This document shows positions 11,684-20,107 of a stretch of 64,000 nt of DNA, piece by piece. The notes beneath the pieces are model-generated. The model worked only from the letters and a program-made list of their open reading frames with translations. It ran no database searches and was not told the DNA's origin. Location of the stretch: positions 2,016,136-2,080,135 of the forward strand of contig JBJBDC010000001.1 in assembly GCA_047285535.1 (NCBI GenBank). Direction: 5' to 3'. The stretch's first letter is position 1, and the number at the start of each line of letters is the position of its first letter. Origin of the DNA: Synechococcus sp. Lineage in GTDB: Bacteria; Cyanobacteriota; Cyanobacteriia; PCC-6307; Cyanobiaceae. The position numbers were made by a program, and so were the translations under genes.

Positions 11684-13522
11684 ATGAACAACCAACAGAA
11701 CCTCAAAACCGCCCGCACACTGATCGCAGGCGGTCTTCTCGCCAGCAGCTTGATCGCTGGAGTCAACCCAGCACATGCTGACGTCTCACAAAGCAACATC
11801 CAATCACTGAATCCAAGACAACAGAAATACAACCGATGTCCAAAGGATGCTGATTGCTACATCCTCAGCACACGCATCATCTCAGGCCAAGTCGCTGATC
11901 CAAGCGAGCTAAGCGGTGACGAAAACTACATTCTTCCAATCTGGTCAATCATTGACGGCATGGGCGTTGATGTGCACCCCCTTGCCACTGACTCCGACGA
12001 CTTCTTCAGAGTCAATATCGCCAAAAAAACCATTGGCAACATGGGAAGGCGGTTTAACCAACGCAGAACAAGCAACACAATCAAGCTGAAAACTGGACAG
12101 CCAGGAGCTTACAAACTACACCTCAATAAAGACTTTGTAGTCCCAATGTCACGCGACAAGTGGACGACCGATGGACTCATTTTTTCCGTCAACATGATGG
12201 AGCATGACAACAGCAAACGCTCCGACATTGACAGGGAATACCTTAAAAGTGCTAGACGAGTTCAAAATGGGCTACTCCGCAACGCCCAAAACGTACGGGT
12301 TGGGATGAGATCACCAACGTATTATTCAGATGCCGCAAAAGCCACTTACAAGTTCACAAAAGAAGCGGCACCCATGGCAGCCAAGGCCTACGCCGCGTAT
12401 CAAACCGGTGGAGCCGCCTCTGCCGCAGGAACTGTTGACATCAGCTCCCTACCAGGTCTATTCAAAGGCTTATGGAACGGATTGAAAAGGCTCGACAGAG
12501 ATGATGTAGGCCATCAAAAAACTGTCTACATCCCCTTCAATTCACTCCGCAACGGCGTCGAGAAAGTAAAGAAAATCTGCGGCAAAACAGATCCAGGAGC
12601 GGCCAATACAGGGAAATTTTGCATTAAAATTGGTGTCAAATTAGATCTTCATTCTCGTAAAAGTACGGCCTCCGCATTCGACAAAAAGATTGATTCTGGC
12701 ACTGGTGGAAGCAACACGGGGACCAATCCCAATCAAAACACCAAATACAAACTTGCCGGAACTTGGAAAGCCAATGACGGCGGCACCTACAAAATTACGC
12801 AATCTGGAAACCGCATTTACTGGAAAGGGAAAGGTGGCAACTTCATCAACAAATTCTCAGGTGTCATCTCCGGTCGAACCATCACCGGCAAATGGCGAGA
12901 CACTGCTTCGAGCCAAACCCAAAATCGCGGGACGCTAAAGCTGCGCATCGATAACTCAAAAAAACTGACACGCATCGGCAGAACTGGGCCTTTCACTGGC
13001 TCTGTCTGGAAGCGAGTCACAGGCAGCACAGGCAGCACAGGCAGCACGAGTCAACTCAAAGAAGATTGCCTAGCCTTCAATCCCAGAGCACTTTCAATTC
13101 GTAACCAAGGCGGGTCAGGAGGATGGACCATCACTCAAGGCAGCCGTCTTCTCTTCGCATTTGGAGATAAAAAAGCTAACGCCAAAGAAGCGCTGAAACT
13201 AATCAAGGGTTACGGCTTCAACCAATCCTGCTTTGTTGGCCGTCCTGGCCCCTCCATGAGATATCTCAAAAAAGGGACATCAGTACCCAATATTTCCAAT
13301 TCAGCGATCAAGCCGCGAGATTGCATCAACATTAACAACCGAAACTTAAGTCTTAGAAAAAGAGGAGCGAATTGGGCACTCACTGACGGGCGCTCAATCC
13401 CGCTGTCTTCTCGAAGCAAAGCTGAAATGGTTCAAGCCAAGGGAATCATCAAAAAATACGGCCTCTCCAAGCAATGCTTTGTCGGCCGCCCAAACCCACC
13501 CTTCGCTTTTTGGCTCCGCTGA
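11684..13522 (+). CDS. Large secreted multidomain hypothetical protein
   Basis: Signal peptide MNNQQNLKTARTLIAGGLLASSLIAGVNPAHA; GTW..NDGG beta-rich module; TGS linker; two C-terminal repeats DC(L/I)..N.R.LS.R...W..T.G...IK.YG..(Q)CFVGRP. Confidence 0.85.
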   Translation: MNNQQNLKTARTLIAGGLLASSLIAGVNPAHADVSQSNIQSLNPRQQKYNRCPKDADCYILSTRIISGQVADPSELSGDENYILPIWSIIDGMGVDVHPLATDSDDFFRVNIAKKTIGNMGRRFNQRRTSNTIKLKTGQPGAYKLHLNKDFVVPMSRDKWTTDGLIFSVNMMEHDNSKRSDIDREYLKSARRVQNGLLRNAQNVRVGMRSPTYYSDAAKATYKFTKEAAPMAAKAYAAYQTGGAASAAGTVDISSLPGLFKGLWNGLKRLDRDDVGHQKTVYIPFNSLRNGVEKVKKICGKTDPGAANTGKFCIKIGVKLDLHSRKSTASAFDKKIDSGTGGSNTGTNPNQNTKYKLAGTWKANDGGTYKITQSGNRIYWKGKGGNFINKFSGVISGRTITGKWRDTASSQTQNRGTLKLRIDNSKKLTRIGRTGPFTGSVWKRVTGSTGSTGSTSQLKEDCLAFNPRALSIRNQGGSGGWTITQGSRLLFAFGDKKANAKEALKLIKGYGFNQSCFVGRPGPSMRYLKKGTSVPNISNSAIKPRDCININNRNLSLRKRGANWALTDGRSIPLSSRSKAEMVQAKGIIKKYGLSKQCFVGRPNPPFAFWLR

Positions 13523-13556
13523 TCTGGCAGGCAACACAACACCACTCATCAACACT

Positions 13557-13584
13557 GCCTCCGTCACAACGGGGGCTTTTTCTT
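13557..13584 (+). terminator. Intrinsic terminator (repeated at 14243-14270 and 14929-14956)
   Basis: gcctccgt-caca-acgggggc-tttttctt. Confidence 0.8.
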
Positions 13585-13641
13585 GTCTGATCCCCACGCT
13601 GCCTTGCTCAAAGCCATTGCACTGGAATCACTCTCAACACC

Positions 13642-13657
13642 TGTGACCAATCTCACA
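13642..13657. promoter_or_regulatory. Perfect CRP-type box (repeated at 14328-14343 and 15014-15029)
   Basis: TGTGA-ccaatc-TCACA about 100 bp upstream of the ATG. Confidence 0.7.
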
Positions 13658-13755
13658 AACCCCTGAGACACACCTCATCAAGTCCACTGCCGATTGAGGC
13701 GATCTTGAGTTCATCGGCGGCGCTCACCGCCCTCCACTCCTCACACTCAAATACC

Positions 13756-14208
13756 ATGAATCGCTCTCTATCCCTTCTCTCCGCATTCGCCCTCTCGTCT
13801 GCTGCTCTGCTCTCTTTTCAACCTCAAGAGGCGAAGGCGATGAACATCGCCTTCGATTGCTTTGAACGGAGCAGCGAAAAACTCATCGCACGCAGTGCGG
13901 TCGATATGACCAGCACCGCCATCAGCTGCCTCCCCGTTCCAGGCACAACCCTCACCGATGCTTCCAGCATCGATTCAGGCGACGGAGTCATTCTCGCTAA
14001 TCACACCACCACAGAAGAAGATACCTACTTTGATGAGGACGTTGCCCACGAAAATACCTATGAAGACGATGGAGGTGCCTATGAAGACGATGGAGGTGCC
14101 TATGAAGACGATGGAGATGAACGCTCCACAGGCTCAAAACTGGGGTCAGCCGTCGGAGAACACCTCGGCAAACTCTTAGGACAGGGGATTAGTGATCTCT
14201 TCCGCTGA
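13756..14208 (+). CDS. Secreted acidic 150-aa protein with C-terminal glycine zipper, copy 1
   Basis: Signal peptide ending ...QEAKA; Cys-pair domain; YEDDGGA repeats; GSKLGSAVGEHLGKLLG. Confidence 0.8.
   Translation: MNRSLSLLSAFALSSAALLSFQPQEAKAMNIAFDCFERSSEKLIARSAVDMTSTAISCLPVPGTTLTDASSIDSGDGVILANHTTTEEDTYFDEDVAHENTYEDDGGAYEDDGGAYEDDGDERSTGSKLGSAVGEHLGKLLGQGISDLFR
14057..14116 (+). repeat. 21-bp coding minisatellite (cctatgaagacgatggaggtg, ~3 copies), present in each 686-bp unit
   Basis: Encodes YEDDGGA-YEDDGGA-YEDDG. Confidence 0.9.
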
Positions 14209-14441
14209 TCTGGCAGGCAACACAACACCACTCATCAACACTGCCTCCGTCACAACGGGGGCTTTTTCTTGTCTGATCCCCACGCTGCCTTGCTCAAAGC
14301 CATTGCACTGGAATCACTCTCAACACCTGTGACCAATCTCACAAACCCCTGAGACACACCTCATCAAGTCCACTGCCGATTGAGGCGATCTTGAGTTCAT
14401 CGGCGGCGCTCACCGCCCTCCACTCCTCACACTCAAATACC

Positions 14442-14894
14442 ATGAATCGCTCTCTATCCCTTCTCTCCGCATTCGCCCTCTCGTCTGCTGCTCTGCTCTC
14501 TTTTCAACCTCAAGAGGCGAAGGCGATGAACATCGCCTTCGATTGCTTTGAACGGAGCAGCGAAAAACTCATCGCACGCAGTGCGGTCGATATGACCAGC
14601 ACCGCCATCAGCTGCCTCCCCGTTCCAGGCACAACCCTCACCGATGCTTCCAGCATCGATTCAGGCGACGGAGTCATTCTCGCTAATCACACCACCACAG
14701 AAGAAGATACCTACTTTGATGAGGACGTTGCCCACGAAAATACCTATGAAGACGATGGAGGTGCCTATGAAGACGATGGAGGTGCCTATGAAGACGATGG
14801 AGATGAACGCTCCACAGGCTCAAAACTGGGGTCAGCCGTCGGAGAACACCTCGGCAAACTCTTAGGACAGGGGATTAGTGATCTCTTCCGCTGA
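14442..14894 (+). CDS. Secreted acidic glycine-zipper protein, copy 2
   Basis: Translation identical to copy 1. Confidence 0.8.
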   Translation: MNRSLSLLSAFALSSAALLSFQPQEAKAMNIAFDCFERSSEKLIARSAVDMTSTAISCLPVPGTTLTDASSIDSGDGVILANHTTTEEDTYFDEDVAHENTYEDDGGAYEDDGGAYEDDGDERSTGSKLGSAVGEHLGKLLGQGISDLFR

Positions 14895-15127
14895 TCTGGC
14901 AGGCAACACAACACCACTCATCAACACTGCCTCCGTCACAACGGGGGCTTTTTCTTGTCTGATCCCCACGCTGCCTTGCTCAAAGCCATTGCACTGGAAT
15001 CACTCTCAACACCTGTGACCAATCTCACAAACCCCTGAGACACACCTCATCAAGTCCACTGCCGATTGAGGCGATCTTGAGTTCATCGGCGGCGCTCACC
15101 GCCCTCCACTCCTCACACTCAAATACC

Positions 15128-15580
15128 ATGAATCGCTCTCTATCCCTTCTCTCCGCATTCGCCCTCTCGTCTGCTGCTCTGCTCTCTTTTCAACCTCAAG
15201 AGGCGAAGGCGATGAACATCGCCTTCGATTGCTTTGAACGGAGCAGCGAAAAACTCATCGCACGCAGTGCGGTCGATATGACCAGCACCGCCATCAGCTG
15301 CCTCCCCGTTCCAGGCACAACCCTCACCGATGCTTCCAGCATCGATTCAGGCGACGGAGTCATTCTCGCTAATCACACCACCACAGAAGAAGATACCTAC
15401 TTTGATGAGGACGTTGCCCACGAAAATACCTATGAAGACGATGGAGGTGCCTATGAAGACGATGGAGGTGCCTATGAAGACGATGGAGATGAACGCTCCA
15501 CAGGCTCAAAACTGGGGTCAGCCGTCGGAGAACACCTCGGCAAACTCTTAGGACAGGGGATTAGTGATCTCTTCCGCTGA
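15128..15580 (+). CDS. Secreted acidic glycine-zipper protein, copy 3
   Basis: Translation identical to copy 1. Confidence 0.8.
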   Translation: MNRSLSLLSAFALSSAALLSFQPQEAKAMNIAFDCFERSSEKLIARSAVDMTSTAISCLPVPGTTLTDASSIDSGDGVILANHTTTEEDTYFDEDVAHENTYEDDGGAYEDDGGAYEDDGDERSTGSKLGSAVGEHLGKLLGQGISDLFR

Positions 15581-15773
15581 TCCTCAAAACCCCGACACAC
15601 CCTCCGCGTAGAAGCAACACTTCCGCCCTTCTCTCCAAATCAACACAGAAAGCAGGGCCTCCACAGTGCTGAAAGAGCCAACCAACAACGGCCTCGTCGC
15701 ATAGCGACACAACACCCTTCCATCGTCTTAGGCCTTTTCAGAATAAAACTGAAGGTCGTTGATGATTCAAGGC

Positions 15774-16373
15774 ATGCGCATAGTCCACCCAAGCGCTGCG
15801 GCACTAATCCTCCTAGCCAGCAGCACAGTCACATTCACGCCAAAAGTCGAAGCCAACGCCTTTCGATGCTTCGATCGCCAAACCGGCCAGCTGATCGCAG
15901 TCAGCGACAAAGACATCACCACTATCAGCGTGAGCTGTCTTCCCAACGGCGGAATCAAGACCCCTCCCCGTAGGGAAAGCGACTCAGATCCCGGAAAGTT
16001 ACCACCAAGCAGAGGTTCTACAGTCAGCGAAGACTGGGCCTATGAGGATGAGGATGATTCCGGCTCTGAGCAGTCTCTCCAGTCTCCATCGGACACAAAA
16101 GTTGATCCATTGGCTGCCCGACGGGCCATCAACTTGGCTCGCGGAACTGCCGTATCAATCAATGGTGGACTGAGTCAATACCGCCCTAGTACTTGCATGT
16201 TTGCCAGCGCCATGGGCAACCCCTGCATCACTCGCTCTGATTCACAAGGCATTGTTTTCACGATTCCCGGTGGTCCTCCAGGCTGGGAACAAAACGATGA
16301 AGAGCCAAGCGTGGTCACCGTGGTAGTTATTGCACTAGACGGCCGCTCTGTCCTGGAAGCAAGTAACAACTGA
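15774..16373 (+). CDS. Secreted hypothetical protein, partial paralogue of the triplicated gene
   Basis: Signal peptide ...KVEA; AFRCFDRQTGQLIA...SVSCLP matches AFDCFERSSEKLIA...AISCLP; distinct C-terminal domain (AINLARG..NGGLSQYRP..CMF...GGPPGW). Confidence 0.8.
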   Translation: MRIVHPSAAALILLASSTVTFTPKVEANAFRCFDRQTGQLIAVSDKDITTISVSCLPNGGIKTPPRRESDSDPGKLPPSRGSTVSEDWAYEDEDDSGSEQSLQSPSDTKVDPLAARRAINLARGTAVSINGGLSQYRPSTCMFASAMGNPCITRSDSQGIVFTIPGGPPGWEQNDEEPSVVTVVVIALDGRSVLEASNN

Positions 16374-16381
16374 ACGAGTTT

Positions 16382-16605
16382 TTACCCTTTCAACTTTTGT
16401 CACAGAATCTGATTGGCCAATTGGGATCAGCCTTTCCACCAGTTTTCTTCATCAGTTGATCCACAAACAAGCCCTGCTGTTTGTTTTTCCACCAGGAATG
16501 CCTCAACTTCATCAGGATGGGGAGCCAGAAGCTCTTCCAAGATCACCTTCGGGGAGCCCCCCTCTCAAGAAGTTCAGGAAGTATCCCCTGTACGATCTTG
16601 CCGCC
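16382..16605 (-). pseudogene. gatB: Degenerate copy of the gatB 3' end
   Basis: Aligns by eye to gatB 18435-~18716 (agaatctgattggccaat, ttttcttcatcag, tcatcaggatggg, ggggagcccccc, gatcttgccgc) with frameshifts and a ~57-bp internal deletion; stop codon retained at 16382-16384. Confidence 0.9.
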
Positions 16606-16799
16606 ATGACAATCATATTTATCACAAGACCTTGAATTAGAGCACTTCAACTGGACAGGGCCTAGGCCAGGAGACGCAAACGAATGGCCCAAAAAGTTAA
16701 CATCAAGGAGAAAAACATTTAAACCCTAAAACCTAATAAGACACGTTCCATATCCAAGACAAAATTACAGTCTACGAACGATATATTCTTTCGTGACAC

Positions 16800-18335
16800 C
16801 TAATCATTGAGCCCCATCTCTGCACGAAACCATTTCGTAATCACCCATTTGCTGCCAGCTTCTACAGGCATCGATTCATGTAGCGTAAATGGATTAGGAG
16901 TCCCATCTGCCTGAAGATTGTTCCATGCCAAAGCCAGCCCTTTCACGGGTGTAAAACAACGACCCAAATCCTTAAAGCAGGTCTCTCCACCGCGTTCAAC
17001 GGCATTGAGATAGACCATCACGGTCCAAGTTCTCTGACCGCCCTTCGTACTGTGTTCTTCAAATTCCTTTGAGTGAGGTGCGAACCAATCCGTATGTTCC
17101 TTGAAATATTCACCAGGGTCATAACGCTGACCCTGAATCGGTTCAGAGAGTCGAGGATCCACACCTAGGAGCGCAGCAAAGCGTCGATCAAGCTCCTCTG
17201 CCAACGCAGCATGTCTTTGGCGCAAATGGCATGTCCGGCTCGTCCGGTAATCGCTGGACCCACGGGTCACGGTGGAAGGCTGCAGTCCCTGATCGATCGC
17301 CCCAATCACGCGCTGGCATTCCTCCCAGCCCAGAAAATCAGGGATCTCATAGATCTGCGCCAACGGTGTATCCAGCTTCCAGGCCCTCGGTCGATGCTGT
17401 GGGAAGGTGAGCGGAACCTGGAACCACTGCAACATTGATGGATGGTCCGTGTTTGCACTCTTTGCCTGCATGGGAACCAGCCGCATCTCGAGTCGAGCCT
17501 CCGCTGGTGGAAGCTCCGACACAGGACTAAACGCTTGAGCGGTTGACACTGAATTCAACACCGCTTCAAGGGAATCTCGCGCGAAACCATGGGCCATCGC
17601 CCGTTCAATAATGCCTTCGCGATCACATCCACGCTCACGATTCAGGATCAACCATTCACGCCACGTTTCCGGAATTAAAGCAATTTTTTTCAAGGCTTGA
17701 TTGCTCAAACAAGCCATTTCAACACTGGAGAACTTGCTCTCTAACTGTTGATATGGAGCTGGATCCCAATCCTTGGGACGCCAATGAAAGTACATATTGC
17801 GATAAAACTCGCCTTCAAATTCAGATGCACGACCATGGGGGCAAAGGCTTTCATAAAAAAGCATGGATCCCGGCTCGAATAACACCCGATGATGAACAGC
17901 TTCGTGATCAATGAAATCCAAGGGCCAGGGCTGATTGGACTGATCAGCCACATGAACAATGCAGCTCACCACGTGGGTATCCACCCGATCGCGATGCATA
18001 TGCAACCAAGACCCAGGTCCATAACTACGAACGCCATAGCCCCAGCTTCGCTCGAGCGGCTGCCCAACCCATTGCTCCATCAAGGGGGTCAACTGGTCAT
18101 AGGCCAGTGTCATTAACTCCGCAGACATCGGCGAATAGCGCAGATCCGGTGTTTTGGATCGCACGGATGAAATTCCCGAAATCACCTCGGCTTCGAAAGA
18201 CGGATCCAACCGGGCGTCTTCCTCCACCGGTTCAAATGACATCGCCTTGTACTCATCCTCCAGAGCGTTTTGCAGGCACTGTGGAGTTGCCAGCAACCGA
18301 AAGGGAGCTGATGCGAAGCGGGGGAGTAGAACCAT
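16800..18335 (-). CDS. Tandem two-domain 2OG-Fe(II) oxygenase (C-terminal prolyl 4-hydroxylase-like domain)
   Basis: Domain 1 HRD...HGR; domain 2 RTSRT, Y.PGEYFKEHTD, RTWTVMVYLN...GGET.F, LHESMPV...KW. Confidence 0.88.
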   Translation of the reverse strand: MVLLPRFASAPFRLLATPQCLQNALEDEYKAMSFEPVEEDARLDPSFEAEVISGISSVRSKTPDLRYSPMSAELMTLAYDQLTPLMEQWVGQPLERSWGYGVRSYGPGSWLHMHRDRVDTHVVSCIVHVADQSNQPWPLDFIDHEAVHHRVLFEPGSMLFYESLCPHGRASEFEGEFYRNMYFHWRPKDWDPAPYQQLESKFSSVEMACLSNQALKKIALIPETWREWLILNRERGCDREGIIERAMAHGFARDSLEAVLNSVSTAQAFSPVSELPPAEARLEMRLVPMQAKSANTDHPSMLQWFQVPLTFPQHRPRAWKLDTPLAQIYEIPDFLGWEECQRVIGAIDQGLQPSTVTRGSSDYRTSRTCHLRQRHAALAEELDRRFAALLGVDPRLSEPIQGQRYDPGEYFKEHTDWFAPHSKEFEEHSTKGGQRTWTVMVYLNAVERGGETCFKDLGRCFTPVKGLALAWNNLQADGTPNPFTLHESMPVEAGSKWVITKWFRAEMGLND

Positions 18336-18434
18336 TCAGGCTGAGGTAGGACTCAACAAAATCTCAAACTAGAGGAAGTTCAGATCTAAAACCCCCAAAA
18401 TAATTTGATTATCAACAACGCAGCCCAACAAGTC

Positions 18435-19919
18435 TCAGCCTTTGAGCTTCTGACTGAGAATCTGATTGGCCAATTTGGGGTCAGCCTTACCACCGGTTTT
18501 CTTCATCAGCTGACCCACAAAGAAGCCCTGCAATTTGTTTTTTCCGCCACGAAAAGCTTCGACCTCATCAGGATGGGCGGCAAGAAGCTCTTCAACGATC
18601 GCAGTGATCGCTGCCGGATCACTGATCATCCCGAGTCCACGTTCATCCACAATCGCCTTGGGGGAGCCCCCCTTCTCAAGGAGCTCGGGGAGGATCTCCT
18701 TCGCGATCTTGCCGCTGATCTTGCCCCCATCAATCAGCTTGATCATCTCTGCAAGCTGTTCAGGGCGAAAGGCCAATTCAGCAAAGTTCAGGCGATTGCT
18801 ATTCACATAAGCAGCAATATCACCCGTAATCCAATTGGCCGAAAGCTTGGGGTCTGCACCGGCTTCCACAACAGATTCAAAATATTGCGCCATGGAGCGC
18901 TCATCCGTGAGAACGCGAGCGTCGTACTGCGATAAACCAAACGAATCGGCATAGCGATGACGCTTGGCAGACGGCAGCTCTGGCAACTCACTTCGCCAGG
19001 CATCACGCTGATCAGCACTCACCTCAATCGGACCCAGATCCGGATCGGGGAAATAGCGGTAATCGCTGGCACCTTCCTTGCTACGCATGCTCTTGGTGAG
19101 CTGCTTGCCTTCGTCCCAAAGACGCGTTTCCTGAACGATCGGTTCACCGGTTTCGTAGGCCTTGATCTGACGCTGAATCTCGTATTCGCAAGCCTTTTGA
19201 ATGGCCGAAAACGAGTTCATATTCTTGATCTCCACCTTCGTACCAAAGGGAGCATCGGGGCCACGACGAACCGAGATGTTCACGTCACAGCGCAAGGATC
19301 CCTCTTGCATATTTCCATCGCTCACGCCCAGATAGCGCATGATCCTGCGAATTTCAGATGCATATTCGGCGGCTTCCCGTCCGGTACGTAAATCTGGCTT
19401 GCTGACAATTTCTGCCAAAGCCACACCAGCCCGGTTGTAGTCCACCAGCGAGTGAGTGGAACCTGCCAAGCGATCACTGCCGGCATGCACCAACTTGCCT
19501 GCATCTTCTTCCATATGCAGACGCTCGATTCCTATTTTTTTGAGATAAGAGTCTTTTCCTTTCTCCGCAACTTCAACCTCGATCCAGCCGTCTTCGGCAA
19601 TTGGCTCATCGAATTGAGAAATTTGATAGTTCTTGGGCAAATCTGGATAGAAGTACTGCTTGCGATCGAATTTGCTGTGCTCAGCAATGTTCAGATTCAG
19701 AGCCATCGCTGCTTTCACGGCGTACTCGAGCACTTTTTGATTCAGAACAGGAAGCGTTCCTGGAAGGCCGCACACCACAGGGTCGATATGGGTGTTGGGG
19801 TCATCCCCAAAAGCGGTGGAGGCAGCTGTAAAAATTTTGCTGTTGGTACCCAACTGAACATGGGTCTCCAAGCCAATCACGGCTTCCCAGGCCAGTTGCG
19901 TTGCTACAGGTGCTGCCAT
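18435..19919 (-). CDS. gatB: Asp/Glu-tRNA amidotransferase subunit B
   Basis: VIGLETHVQL, FDRKQYFYPDLPKNYQISQ, HMEEDAGK, RCDVNIS, YRYFPDPDL, FFVGQLMK. Confidence 0.99.
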   Translation of the reverse strand: MAAPVATQLAWEAVIGLETHVQLGTNSKIFTAASTAFGDDPNTHIDPVVCGLPGTLPVLNQKVLEYAVKAAMALNLNIAEHSKFDRKQYFYPDLPKNYQISQFDEPIAEDGWIEVEVAEKGKDSYLKKIGIERLHMEEDAGKLVHAGSDRLAGSTHSLVDYNRAGVALAEIVSKPDLRTGREAAEYASEIRRIMRYLGVSDGNMQEGSLRCDVNISVRRGPDAPFGTKVEIKNMNSFSAIQKACEYEIQRQIKAYETGEPIVQETRLWDEGKQLTKSMRSKEGASDYRYFPDPDLGPIEVSADQRDAWRSELPELPSAKRHRYADSFGLSQYDARVLTDERSMAQYFESVVEAGADPKLSANWITGDIAAYVNSNRLNFAELAFRPEQLAEMIKLIDGGKISGKIAKEILPELLEKGGSPKAIVDERGLGMISDPAAITAIVEELLAAHPDEVEAFRGGKNKLQGFFVGQLMKKTGGKADPKLANQILSQKLKG

Positions 19920-20107
19920 CAGCTGTGAGCGTCGTCAAAGACAAACAATCCTAATGGCGTTGGCATCGACCTCTATGGCTAGAGGCTGAGGCAAGGTCGT
20001 CATCCCTGCCAATCAGCAACACTCCACAATTTCATTCGAGGCCGCATCACCATCCTTAAAAAGATCAGTGGCAGAAAAGATAAAATTAGTCATCTCATGG
20101 CCGAAAA

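Larger units (their letters stand above)
13515..15582. repeat. Tandem triplication of a 686-bp unit (13515-14200, 14201-14886, 14887-15572) plus a terminal 10-bp microhomology TCCGCTGATC
   Basis: Three ORFs with identical translations at 686-bp spacing; intergenic sequence also appears identical by eye; TCCGCTGATC at 13515, 14201, 14887 and 15573. Confidence 0.97.

Noticed and set aside
13958..14179. Alternative-frame ORF with MKTMEVP repeats (and its copies at 14644 and 15330)
   Set aside because: Shadow of the 21-bp repeat; the other frame has a signal peptide and a paralogue
13515..15582. CRISPR array or insertion-sequence copies
   Set aside because: The units are 686 bp, contiguous and identical, with no unique spacers, terminal inverted repeats, transposase or cas genes
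16413..16640. 75-aa plus-strand ORF
   Set aside because: Antisense reading of the gatB 3' remnant
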